Source: Catajapyx aquilonaris
Lineage: Eukaryota
Assembly: GCA_000934665.2 (NCBI GenBank)
Contig: KZ538967.1
Span: 1 to 44,780, forward strand
DNA length: 44,780 bases
Direction: 5' to 3'
Positions 1 to 12,507 of the stretch are shown one piece after another. The notes under the pieces were generated by a model, which had not been told where the DNA came from, did no database searches, and was given only the letters and a program-made list of their open reading frames with translations. Positions within the stretch are counted from its first letter, which is position 1. Each line of letters starts with the position of its first letter. Position numbers and translations under genes: made by a program.

Positions 1-808
1 GACATATTTTGCAACTGTGCCAATCCTCAAATAATTGATTCGCAATATGACTTGTTCAAAAATATATCCATACATTTTTTTAAAGCAACATGTGGTTTAA
101 AAAAAGGCAGATAACATCTTCAGCTCCCAAGATCATAAAGTTTCTCAGTTAGATTTTATCTTCATTCGACAGTACGGCTACTGAGAAACAATTGGTCCGC
201 GTGACGGGACCATTTATCCCAACGATTATTATTCCCCAAGCTAGATTGCTACCCTGCAAAACTCGTGAAGAAAGTTACCCATCATGAGAATCACAATTTC
301 TCAATCTGCAGGAAATGTCTAGTTGAAAATGAGCAAAAAAAGGCCAAAAAATCGGAGCAGCGTGAGAAGATATCGGAACTTTCTTGTATCCTGACGTAAC
401 ACAAGTAGCCTTCATTATTTTGGATGAATTTTTTTTAATATTGTTGCCCTTTGGTTGGTAGGTGTTCATATTGTTCAGAAAAATTGTTGCGTAAGAGTTT
501 TACAACCGTGTTAATCGGAGTTGAATGGGGAGAGTGAGCTTCACACGATGTAGGTTTTTCACCTCTTCTTTTTTTTATTATCACATGTGAGGCTCCCAGT
601 ACTTGTGAAATGTCAGTGCATGAAGAGTGTGTACTGTTGGTCAGTTTACAGTTAAATAAGTGGATAAGAAAGGCCACGAAATATTGCAATAAATTGCCTG
701 AAATCGAAGAATTTTCTGGTCATATTTTTCACATAAATGACCACACCTTTTTATGCTTAAAATAATTAATGAAAATGAATGGATTTATTTACGTTTTTAA
801 AGTGGAAA

Positions 809-1163
809 CTAGGAAAACCCTCGCATTTTCCTATAGGGAGCAGTTCGCTCGCTCTTTTCTAGGCCTGCGGACTGGGGTACCTATTCGGTGCGCCATATCG
901 CCAGGGGAGGGTGTAACGTGAGAACATGTCTGTCCTGTGTCTGTCGTTCCATAAAGGGAACTGACTCTGTAAACAACTTCACAGTAGTGCCAACTGGGCA
1001 ACAATACAGAGAAAGGAATGGACAGTTTCCCCAGCAACTCACCAGGGCGTTGTTTACACCACATGGCGCATGAGTAGAACGCGGGCCAATGGGGAGTCGC
1101 GGTAACAATATGCGTCGGACCAATCAGAGGGCATGGCCACCACTGCAATTTTAATATTATAGA
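809..1163 (-). mobile_element. non-autonomous Helitron-like element (~355 bp)
   Basis: Minus strand begins A|TCTATAATATTAAAA (1163) and ends ...GGAAAATGCGAGGGTTTTCCTAG|T (809): 5' TC, 3' CTAG with a small stem-loop, inserted between A and T, no TSD; more GC-rich than the flanks. Confidence 0.55.
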
Positions 1164-2880
1164 TGGAATAATTCAAGTGAAAAGAAAATATAAACAATTT
1201 CCCCCCAATGTCATTAAAAATTAGGTCTCAAAATGAAATATTAGTGTATTTATTTACGCTGCATTCTCTATGTACATGATAACTATAATTATGTCGTAAA
1301 TTCATTCAGGCTGAATGGAGATTTATTCAACCAATTCTATACGCAAATAGCAAATTTTGTGCATTAAACAAGTGAAAAACCACTTACAATAACCAAGTAG
1401 ATATGCCTCAAAAATTTGCTTTCATTTTTTGGATCGAAAAAAATGGCCGTATCAAAATATCAACAAGGTCGCTAACTAGGGTATTCTTCTTCTAATCCTG
1501 CGACAAGGCTTCTTTTCTGATGAGCCCAACCGTGAAAACGCTTTATCCATAACCTTAACCGACTAAGCAACAGAAAATTTAGTGACCACCACAAGAATGT
1601 TTCACTTTTTTTTTACAAGGAAAGGACAGTGGGCTTTAAAAAATTACAGCCTTCATCTCCCCCTGTACTTTTTTTTCATCCTCCTTCTCATTACTTTTTC
1701 TGCTTCAAGAACCAGTTCATGACATGGTATCTTTGCTGTATCTAGCGACTGTTGCCACCTGGAAACACCAAAGGGGTGTTACATGACGCCATTTTTTTTG
1801 CTAATGAGTAATTGATCATGGATGACCTGGAAGGCCCCTGAAATGGGTCAAGGAAGAGCAAGAGTAGGCTAATGCACTAATACTAATCTGGTGTAGTGTA
1901 CTGCCAGAATTATCAGCTTGATTTGTGTTAACATTTTTGAAGTACAGGCCTACACTTTACCATATTCAGTAGTAGTGGCTAAAATCGAGCATTTTCTTCC
2001 ACTTATTTCAGTGGGGAGACAGAATAGGTGGAAGGAATTTCCACTCAGTGGTATAGCAGGAAGGATTCAACATAGTGGCATAATTTTTCATCTGCACTAT
2101 GAAGAGGTGAAAATAAAATGCAATAGGTGAAAGTATTACACGATGAACCTCGTGATCACCTTATTTCTTTGGATAGAAAAGAAGTAATTTTCGTTCTCAA
2201 AAACACATAAGAATTTTCATTTTCAATTTACATTGTCCATCAAATTTTTCCATAATTATATGTGGCATGTGGCAAGATTCCACGATTATTACTAAAATAC
2301 ACATAATTATCATTACTTAAGTGAAGACCTACAAAAAGATCATGGTCACATTTCGACTAATTAAAAATTGCATTATCTTATTAATAAAATTTTATTCAAA
2401 TATTCCTATATGAGAAAATCTAACACTGCATAAGTTAACTAAATTTTGACAAAAGCGTGTTGAAGTCTTAAAATGTTTATTGACTCATCGTATTAGTAAT
2501 GAATTATTTTACTGCCCCCCCTATTCGTCCTTATCTAGTCGTCTTGAGAAGGTATACTATGAAGGTGCGCTTCGAAGCCAAGTATCATCCCCAAACTCCT
2601 GCCATATAGTTCACTTTCACCAACTTGATCCTCCCTCACCAATCGGTGCCTCACACGCCACGTGACACGACTACAAAAAAAAACTGTTAAAATAGATCCC
2701 CCGCCAGGTTAGACCTATGAGAATGACGTTATGGCCACACTGAAGATTTTTGAGGTTAAGAGGATGGATGGTGTGGTTGTTTGTGGGGTAGCAGGGGGTA
2801 CAAGGAAAGGTGGTGGGGGAAGGTATTCTCCACCCCCTCCACCCCCTCCCATACACATACACACATCCTTTTTTCGCATC

Positions 2881-2918
2881 TATATAAACAGCTGAAAGAA
2901 TAGAGACGACATGCAGTT
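2881..2918 (+). promoter_or_regulatory. TATA box plus initiator-like motif of the resilin-like gene
   Basis: TATATAAA at 2881-2888 and GCAGTT at 2913-2918 (arthropod Inr-like, ~30 nt downstream), ~100 nt before the ATG at 3018. Confidence 0.65.
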
Positions 2919-3017
2919 GAAGCTTGTTTGTACCTGAAGAAAGAACTAGATTAACAGTGCCGTCAGACTTTCACTTTCTGTTTCTTGTGGGGATCACTTT
3001 TTTTCGAGGCCTGCAAT

Positions 3018-6000
3018 ATGGCAAACCGGCTTGTGGTAAGTTTTATTACTGGTTTTATTACTAGGAGACTTTCAGATGATGGTTATGAAGGCAGGGAATA
3101 TTTAAAGGTGCAATACTAGGAGGCAATTTAATGATTTGAAAATTAATCGTATAACTCAACGCAAACGAAGGGAAATTTCCTTATCACCAATTAAATACTC
3201 AAATGTTCACAAAAACATATTTAAATTATTCTCATATTAATATGAAAATTGTGAAATTTTCAGCAGAATATCATATAGGTTGAAACAATAAATTTTATTG
3301 TTTCAACCTATATGATATTCTGCTGAAAATTTTATAAGATTATGCAGCTTGTTAATAACAGGAATATTAAAAGTGATGTCTAATGATACACAATGTCTAC
3401 GTCAGTTAGCGACTAATTTGCAGTTTGCATTAATGCTGAAAATTTAATTTTGATAGGCATGTTCTATCAGGTTTTGGCGTGACAGGTGACAGAAACAGCT
3501 TTCAGCACAAATGTGGTGAAACGGGTTAATGGTGCAAATCCAGCACACAGTTGAAGGTTGGATGTTTCGTTTTAATTGCCCTTCTTTTTAAATCTGAGGA
3601 TTTTATGAGGAAGATAGTAGTTTTGCAGGTCTAGCTTTTTTTTACTCTGAATAGAATTCAAATATTCCTTTACTGTTGAGTGTAGCACAGAAAAGGTTTA
3701 GCAAAAATTAATTCTTAAACGTAATTGCAATCATGTCTCAATACTTAAAATGTAAATATTTACCAATTAATTATGCATTGCAATATTATTTGTTAATTTT
3801 TTAAACAAATACTTCGTGATTCTATTGCAGTTAAATTTCGCTTATGTCTACAACAATTACTTTTCGACATAAATCATGCTACAATGCATTAGTCACTTTC
3901 CTATAATCATTGTCACGAACCATATTTTTCACCGTTCATCGGTGAGCAAAGTGTTAGAAATTATGTAACTTCTGACCAACAATTAACCCTTCAAACACCC
4001 CCATAATCACCATACTTTCTCCACTGATGAATACCTCTCATTCATACACCTCTTACATGCAGACTGCAAATGAAAAAATATTATACAATAACCTAAAAAA
4101 AATAAGCAAGCGAAAGTTCCAGGTCAAAATGTGTCGAATATTGAACCATCATCATAGAGGAAACAGCATCCAATTCCGTTTCATATCAAACAATGTGCGC
4201 CAAAGTGTGCCGGAGGAATATTTATGTGACATTTACGGTTTCCTTTTTCTTCATTCATTCATTAGGTGATTGTGGTCCTGTCCCTATTGGTGGGATCCCT
4301 CGAGGCTGTTTCCGAGGAGAAAGCTTCCAGCAAGAAACGAGAAGGTGAGGTTGAGGACTACGATTTTTGTCAATATATTGACGAAGTTTGGCCTAGGTCG
4401 TTAGAGGGATAGGGGGCGAAGTTTTCAAAATTGAGTTGTGCATCATTAGTCTTTTAAGATTAGGCTTAAAATATTCAGTTGCCAGTTTTTGATATCATGA
4501 TTTGTGAAAAAATTATTTTTAAAATTCAATTCGTAATTATTTATTTGTAGCCTTTATGTGTCACTTATATATTTAGTCTGATGATATAATTACCAATTAA
4601 ATATTAAACAGGCCCTACACTACTATACATTGAAAACAGCAGCAGCTCTGAAACTAATAATGTAAAATATTAATTACAAACTGTACACTTCCTGTTCTTA
4701 TACTACATATTAATAAAGTAACTTTCATTTCTTATGGTTCCTAACAGCATCAAATTATATTCTCCAAATCCTATAGCAACAATGCACTACATTAAATATT
4801 ACAATGCCAGGCCATGATCTTGTTCATTTTTTAGATGGCCTGAGTGACCTTCAGTCAGGCCTTTGACTTTTATTTTCTTACCGTTATCTAATATTTCAAC
4901 AGCCCAAACTGGCTTCGCATCAGTTTAGGATTAGCCTACCTTGAAGGAAAGTTACCCTGGGGTAGTGCACGTCACTTCACTAATCGATTCATTCAGTGCG
5001 GAAATCAATGTCAGTGGGACGTTTCATTCATAGGAACACGTCTAGCCTACATTCAGGAGTAGCCAGCACTTTACGTCATCTGAAAATTGTTCCCTGAGGG
5101 CTAGTGTTGACATCCATTGCAGGAGGTGGGTTTTCACTTACCAGTCAAGGGTTTCAGATTACTACTGGTGTTAATTGTAACTTACTGTGGGAACATGTCC
5201 TCCTTTGATGTAACTTATTTTGAGACCGTATATATCGAGTTCATTTTTAAAACGAGAATGATGTCAAACATATCGTTAAAATACTAATAATAATGTGAAA
5301 GTTAGAGTGACGAATAGTAAAAATATATCCACATAATTATTGACCTACACTGTAATGATAAATATTTCTGGCTACTTTTGCCACTAACTATTTTTCATGT
5401 AGGCTACTATACTCTAACACTTACTAATGAACTATTTCATTTCCGTGACATAAACACCGCTTGCCTTCAAAAAGCTGACACTTCTAAGGACGAGGACGTC
5501 AATTTGCTCTTTCTAAGAGGTCTCACTGCGCTCGTCAATATTGCTCGAGAAAGTCAGATCTCGAGACGAGAAGGTAAAAGAAATTCACGTGGCAATTTGG
5601 GACACACTCTATTTCCAACACTTCACATCACTAAGAGGGCCATGGAATGTTTTTATTTAGTGTGTTACACGCGAGATGGCGCCTTTTTATGTGATGTAAT
5701 GCACGCTAACAGGTGGCGCCACTTGACTAATGTGAACACACTGGACTATGTGGTTTTATGGTGAGCGCTCTAGCTGTTGGGTTCAAGGATTTTCGACATT
5801 ATATTAATTGGGTTGCGCACAGTATGCCTGCTTTGGTTTTTCTACTTATTTATCGTCATTTTGACATTTTTGTCAAAAATGTGTTGGGTATCTCAATTTT
5901 GGAGCGTTTCTTGCAATATGAACGCAATTTTTGCATCACATTTGACTATTACATACTTATTTTCAGCGCCTGTGAGTGGAGGTTACGTTTACCCTTCTCC

Positions 6001-8008
6001 TGATGGCAATGCCTTGTCATACAATCGGGGAACTCACCTTGCTGGTGTTGGCAGTGGCCAGACACCATCTGGTTCCTATGGTGCCCCTGGAGGAGGGTCA
6101 TCCTCCTACAATGCTCCCCAGCAAGGATTTGACGGATCCCTAAACGGAGTGGGCGGATATCAAAACCAGAGGGCGCCATCACAGAACTATGGTGCCCCTG
6201 GTGGTCACAACAATGGTGGAAACAACGGAGGATTCAGCCAGGGTTTGTCCTCACAGTATGGCGCTCCTCAGAGGCAGCAGGCGCCCTCTACCCAATATGG
6301 TGCGCCACAGAGGCAGCAAGCGCCATCATCCACTTATGGTGCACCACAAAGGCAACAGACGCCATCCTCTAATTATGGCGCCCCGCAGAGGCAACAAGCA
6401 CCATCATCCACATATGGTGCGCCACAAAGACAACAAGCTCCATCGTCCACATATGGCGCCCCACAAAGACAACAAGCACCATCAAGCCAGTACGGCGCAC
6501 CACAAAGGCAGCAGGCACCTTCTTCCACTTATGGTGCCCCACAGAGGCAGCAGACACCATCAAGCCAATACGGTGCTCCACAAAGGCAGCAGGCGCCATC
6601 ATCTACTTATGGTGCTCCTCAGAGGCAGCAGGCCCCGTCATCTACTTATGGCGCTCCACAAAGGCAGCAGGCGCCATCGTCTACTTATGGTGCCCCTCAG
6701 AGGCAGCAGACCCCGTCGTCTCAATATGGTGCTCCACAGAGACAACAGGCACCATCATCCCAATATGGCGCACCCCAGAATGGATTTTCGGAGCCTTCCA
6801 CCCAGTATGGTGCACCCAGTGGTCAGCAGGCACCATCTCCCCAATATGGAGCACCATCAAGGCAGCAGTTTGGTGGTCAGCAAAACGGATTCAGAATGCC
6901 TTCCACACAATATGGCGCTCCTGACACTGGCTTGCTAAATGGCGGAGGTTCCGCACCATCTACCCAGTATGGCGCACCACAAAACGGGTTTGGACAAAAT
7001 GGTGGTTCCGCACCATCAACACAATATGGCGCACCCACCACAAGTTTCCAGTCCCCATCGACCCAGTACAACGCACCATCATCGCAATATGGCGCTCCAG
7101 CAGCGCCAGCTACCCAGTATGGCGCACCATCCAAGCAGTCAAACGGTTTTGGAAGGCAGCCATCCCCACAATATGGTGCCCCTGAAGTCGGATTCGTCAA
7201 TGGTGGCGGTTCCGCGCCAGCTACTCAATATGGTGCACCTGAGAGCGGCTTTGAACAAACTGCTGTTGAAGGTTACAGCGTACCATCGCCATCTTCTCAA
7301 TATGGCGCCCCACAAAGTAGCTTTGGACAATCTGGTGCCGGTGGATTCAGCGCGCCATCCAGCCAGTATGGTGCACCCTCAGCACCATCCTCTCAATATG
7401 GTGCTCCCCAAAGGCAGCAGGCTCCATCCAGCCAATATGGTGCTCCCCAGAGGCAACAGGCTCCATCTAGCCAGTATGGTGCACCTTCAGCACCTTCTAC
7501 CCAATATGGTGCTCCCCAGAGGCAACAGGCTCCATCGAGTCAGTATGGTGCACCTTCAGCACCTTCTACCCAATATGGTGCTCCCCAGAGGCAACAGGCT
7601 CCATCGAGTCAATATGGTGCACCTTCAGCACCTTCTACTCAATATGGTGCTCCCCAGAGGCAGCAAACTCCATCCAGTCAATATGGCGCACCTGAACGAT
7701 TCGCTCAGAACGGATTCGGCCAATCTGCATCAGGATTTAGCCAGGCACCATCATCACAATATGGCGCACCAGGAAGGCAGTCTCAACCATCAAGCCAGTA
7801 TGGTGCTCCTCAACAGGCGCCTTCAGCACAATATGGCGCTCCACAAGGAAATGGAGCTTCCTCACAATACAGCGCTCCTTCAAGCCAATATGGCGCACCA
7901 CAGGGAAGCTTTAACCAGGCGCCATCATCCCAATATGGTGCTCCGTCAGCACCATCGCAAAATTACGGGGCTCCCAGAAATGGCGGGTACTCCAGGAATG
8001 GTTATTAA
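3018..8008 (+). CDS. secreted pro-resilin-like elastomeric cuticle protein (YGAP repeats), ~712 aa; exons 3018-3035, 4266-4344, 5967-8008
   Basis: ATG GCA AAC CGG CTT GTG|gtaagt (phase 0); ttag|GTG ATT...CGA GAA G|gtgagg (phase 1); tttcag|CG CCT GTG. Spliced N-terminus MANRLVVIVVLSLLVGSLEAVSEEKASSKKREAPVSGGYVYPSP gives a signal peptide and KKR-EAP, followed by dozens of PS(S/T)(Q/T)YGAP repeats typical of resilin. The ORF-track start at 5777 is intronic. Confidence 0.88.
3254..3332. repeat. perfect palindrome, 39-bp arms with 1-nt spacer, in intron 1
   Basis: AAATTTTCAGCAGAATATCATATAGGTTGAAACAATAAA-T-TTTATTGTTTCAACCTATATGATATTCTGCTGAAAATTT. Confidence 0.95.
6248..7973 (+). repeat. coding tandem repeat (39-nt QRQQAPSS[T/Q]YGAP units, later alternating with SAPSTQYGAP)
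   Basis: Directly visible in the translation and in the DNA; synonymous positions vary between units. Confidence 0.95.
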
Positions 8009-8058
8009 AATATGCTCACCGAACAATTTTTGTACATTTTAAGTATTACATTTTTTTA

Positions 8059-8070
8059 AATAAAAATAAA
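8059..8070 (+). terminator. tandem AATAAA polyadenylation signals (candidate)
   Basis: AATAAAAATAAA ~50 nt after the TAA stop; another AATAAA near 8403. Confidence 0.5.
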
Positions 8071-9475
8071 TCGTGCTTAAGGCACCCGCTGCCTATACAT
8101 TTGAGGCCTGATTAACTTATATTGCTACTTCTCACCAGGCGAGAGACGTGGCAACGCTGTAATATCAAAGTAATATTTCCTGCCTGTAACAGATGGCACT
8201 TGAGATTGTGCCATGTCTTACTGTGGGAAATATAGAGTAAAGACATCTCTGTAAATACAACAATTGCTGTAAGGGATCAAACCAACACCGGGAAAACTAG
8301 ACAATAAAAAAAATATCCCCATATATTTTTTATTATGGACATTACTTATGTAAAACCAAACATTCTCTAATTAAAAAATTGTATGCGCTTGGTTACGTTG
8401 TAAATAAAAAATATATGTGTCATATATTTGGCCTTTAATTAATATATAAAATTAACATCACATAACCTAAAACATTAACATCCAAGGAGTAATCAACGTA
8501 ATGTAATAAATTATTAAATCCATTTACAATTTTCAAATCTATATGAAACAAATAACGTAATACTTCCGGTAATGATCCACATCCGGAGAAATTGCCATAC
8601 ATTTTTTATATATGATATTATTTTAATTTTTTTTTTTACAAAACACACTGTACCATGCAGTCCACGATAAACTCTCCAAGCTTCATGATCGTGCCAAATC
8701 AATCCAAAGCACTTTGCTTTGATCTAGATATTAAATTAAAGGCTCTGTTCTTACTGCCTGAATTTCTAATTATTAATTAATAGAATACCCTTCATGACTT
8801 ACAGCTAGGGAAGATTACCTTGGACCATCTGGTATAGTTCTATGTACAATTACATCACATCAACAATACAATGCACTGCGACCTGCTCAGTGCTTATCTT
8901 TTTTTATATTATTATTTAAATTATTACCAAGTGACATCAGCGATATTTTTTCTAGGGTACCGGTCCAGCCCGAGAAAGGTCAAAAGGAAAGCGACAGGTC
9001 AACGGTTACGACTTGAGGTTGTTTGTAAGGCTCGATATGTATTTATTCTTTTTTCTTTCAATAACAGGAATCACACAATCCTATTTTTAAATATGGCGGA
9101 CTCGCACAGCCTTGTAACACAAGTGTGGGGGATAGATTTTGAATGGGGACAAAGGTCATAGACACGGTTACCAGTCCCGGAAAAAAATGGTAAAAACTAA
9201 AGCACATTTGAGTTAGACTTGTATATCCCGCATTGCCTAAAGTACATCCATCATGCACACGACGTATGACTATTCTTCTGGGCATACGATATGTTTATTT
9301 ATTTTTTCTTCTTACGAACATCCTACGGTGGTATTCATAGATCAGTTTTTTTTCTATGATTGGGCTGGGGAGGAGGTGAAGACGAGAAAAAGGCGATATG
9401 TGCAAAGGTTACTATTTTCTACAATCACTCTAGCCACCAGTGAGGTTCCATCAACCAGCGATGTAATAGGCCTGC

Positions 9476-9568
9476 GTCCGCAAGTGTTTGTAACGCCAAC
9501 GTAACGCCAACGTAACGCCAACGTAACGCCAACGTAACGCGCACGGTTGGAAACAAGTACTTGCGGAC
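9476..9568. repeat. 11-bp minisatellite (GTAACGCCAAC x4.6, 9490-9540) between ~16-bp inverted repeats
   Basis: GTCCGCAAGTGTTTGT ... ACAAGTACTTGCGGAC flank the array. Confidence 0.85.
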
Positions 9569-10403
9569 AATTATTTATATTTAAAAAAATAACGATGCAA
9601 GCATTCCGAACTAGACCTTAGGCGAAAAACTACCCAGGTTACATTATACATATAATTATACCTGATTACGTCACATTAATTTTTTAACAATATGTACCTG
9701 AATAGTTTGCCAAAAATGCCTGCCACACTCTTCCTACTGGACCTGTCATCTTTGAGCTCGCAAAAAAGAGCATAACTTAGAGGACAAAACACATATGCAC
9801 ACATCACGCTTCTTGACCACTGGCAAGCTAAGCTTAAGCGAAAGGGTTGGAAGTACGGCTAAAAAGCAACATAAGAGACAGTCGGCTCACATTCGTTGTT
9901 GCTTACCACACCGACACACTTAGATGGTTTTTCTTGAAACGGAGACAAAAAACGATCCATTTGATTCAAATGCACGCCTAATAATTTGGGGGGGTTTATT
10001 CACAGCGTCAGAACAACAGTACGTTTTAATCTCCACACAAACTTTGATATGTTTATATTCACGATATGTTTTTAACGGTAAGGCACCAGTAATAACTACA
10101 AAGAGCTTTTAAAAGTGCACGGTTAAAAAAAACAGGAACACCAATATTTAATAGTCTGTAAGCAGCGGGAAGGTCAGAGATGTTACTTAGAAGTGTGTTT
10201 AATTACTTCATGTACTTCATGTGTCATTGAGGACATACCAGCGGAGTTACAGACCTTTATGCGTAATAGATATCGACGCGAGGCAAAGCCAACAATTCGA
10301 TAAAATTATTATAATACAAACAATAGCATGTCCACTGCGGATTGTTGCACAATAATACATGCAGAATGTAACTGCTTCCAATGTATCACATTATAGCCGC
10401 ATA

Positions 10404-11063
10404 CAGGGTGCTTAAAATGGAAGATTTTTTTAAAAAAAACTAAAATATTAGTTAAGTTCGAAGCGACAGAGATAGCCTAACTTGTAGGAGATAGAGTCGG
10501 TTGTTTAACTGGTTTGTTCGTCCTTTTTTAAAAACCTTTAGTAAGTTGCAACAATGCAAAAATTCCGCCTGATTTGCTTGCGGTATATAGGATATATCAA
10601 AATCGAAACAGTTTGAAAATATAAATTACAACTGAGCGTTACAACTCCTACGTTCTAAGGTAGTAAAATCTAGATACCGGATATTTTGGTTTCTAATAGT
10701 AAAGCCCATTGTTCCATCCCATTCTTAATTTTTAAAGTTGTTTATCCTATAGTTAGGTTTAATAGTATATTTTACATATCTTGCACATACCTGAGTCGTT
10801 AAAAATACGAGTGGTGTTCCAATTAAAGAGACAATTATTTTTTATCCTCAGTATAATTATGCACGTATGCCACACAAAAAATTTAAATACTATGTACATA
10901 ATATTACATAGTGTACGGTATATAAAATATTTGTATTTAATTCGCAAACACCTCTCGTCGGTTTTCTTTCCTATTTATAGCAACTTGGCGGAATTTATTG
11001 CATTTTGCAAAACAAATGAACATTTTCAATAAAATTTCGAGATTTCCGTTTTTGACCACCCTG
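10404..11063. mobile_element. Tc1/mariner-type MITE (~660 bp)
   Basis: TA|CAGGGTGCTTAAAATGGAAGAT ... GATTTCCGTTTTTGACCACCCTG|TA: imperfect TIRs with TA on both sides. Confidence 0.7.
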
Positions 11064-11408
11064 TATCATTTGGCAACACGGCTTGTATCACGAGACTGCA
11101 AGGGAAGGAAAAAATAAATAAAAAAATGAAGATCTATGTACAACCGACAAGGGCGGATTTTTCTGAGTTACTTAGCTAATGCTGAAAGTAATTACAGTAC
11201 CCACATACTCACGTTTTACGACGTAACACGCATACATCCTCTATACACATACATACATTTTACATACAGCTGACGTGGATATTGCTTCTATACACTACGT
11301 ACATGGAATGTCTGGAGTTTTTCGTTCTGTACACCGTTACTATAATATAACACTCTTTTACAAATAAAAACAAAAAATTTAAAAATAAAAGATTTGGAGG
11401 ATATTACA

Positions 11409-11498
11409 CGAGGGCTGCTCGCAATTTACTCGGACTGATCCTAAATTTTTGTCACTTTTTTGGTGGGGTTCAGGAATTAATTTTTTGAGCAACCCTCG
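11409..11498. mobile_element. degraded mariner-like mini-element
   Basis: CGAGGGCTGCTC ... GAGCAACCCTCG inverted ends; TA duplication not preserved. Confidence 0.35.
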
Positions 11499-12507
11499 CC
11501 GACAGGATTAACCCATGCTCCTTCTACGGTGTGCACCGGTATACTACACGGAGGTCAAAGGCGAACCCTGAGCCATACTTACAGGTTAACAATACTACCA
11601 CATCGATACGATTACGTTACACAATTCTGGGATATTTGTTTTTTTTTCTCATATTACAACAACACATTCAACAATAATATTTTTAAAACTAATTATTTAT
11701 TTATTTTCTTTCTCACAACGTACCTGGTGATGTGCCACTAATGTCCCTGTAACGTTACGAAAAAACTGCCGAATCCAAACATATACGGTACGCATTATTG
11801 CTAACGTTTTGAACCTGTCGGACATTATTATTTTATAATTATGATATTTCTGGTAATATTTTTTGTGTTCGAAATAATAGCAAAGTGTGGCCCTATCTAA
11901 GCGTGAAGGCTGCGAAGCATATTTTTTGTCTGAATTACGAAGCATTGTTTGGACCTAAGAGGAACAGCGATGCGCAGGTGCACCGTTACATTGTCCTTTG
12001 TTGAGCGCACGTCCCCGTCTACTGCTTGCAATTGTGCTACCTTCCACTGACTAGTGATTTTTTTGTACAGTACCTGTGGTGGTACGGTACCCCCATTACA
12101 ATGCGGAAAAAGACATAGTTGTGCACGGTTTAATGTACGGAAGCGACAACTACGCTACGGTACCGAGTATTACAAAAAATGTTGGCTGTAACATTCACGT
12201 ACACTCACTCGGTAATACTGATGTCAAAATGAGCAACAGTGAAGTGTACCGGCGCCGTACCATGCTCATTGTAAAAAAACATCGTTTGTCCGGTATTGTC
12301 TAACCAAAAAACCGCGCACAACCGCTCGTTCCGCTTGTTCGGTACCGAAAGTATCTGCGCGTCTGTGCAATAGAGAAGCCCACGGTACCACCGGCGGTTA
12401 TACGTACACATTAAATTTCTCATGTTTTAAATATACGGCACAACTGAACTCTGAGCCTGTTTAATCGTAGCCTAAAAGTCTCGGAAAGCGGGTACCGGTA
12501 CCTGTCC

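Noticed and set aside
5777..5966. Hydrophobic N-terminus of the 743-aa ORF
   Set aside because: Lies in intron 2; the spliced exons at 3018 and 4266 give a proper signal peptide, and the acceptor at 5966 is in phase.
6189..8042. Long alternative-frame ORFs (249 aa and 367 aa) over the resilin repeats
   Set aside because: Shadow frames of a low-complexity repeat whose period is a multiple of three.
9490..9540. CRISPR-like repeat
   Set aside because: Head-to-tail 11-mers without spacers in eukaryotic DNA.
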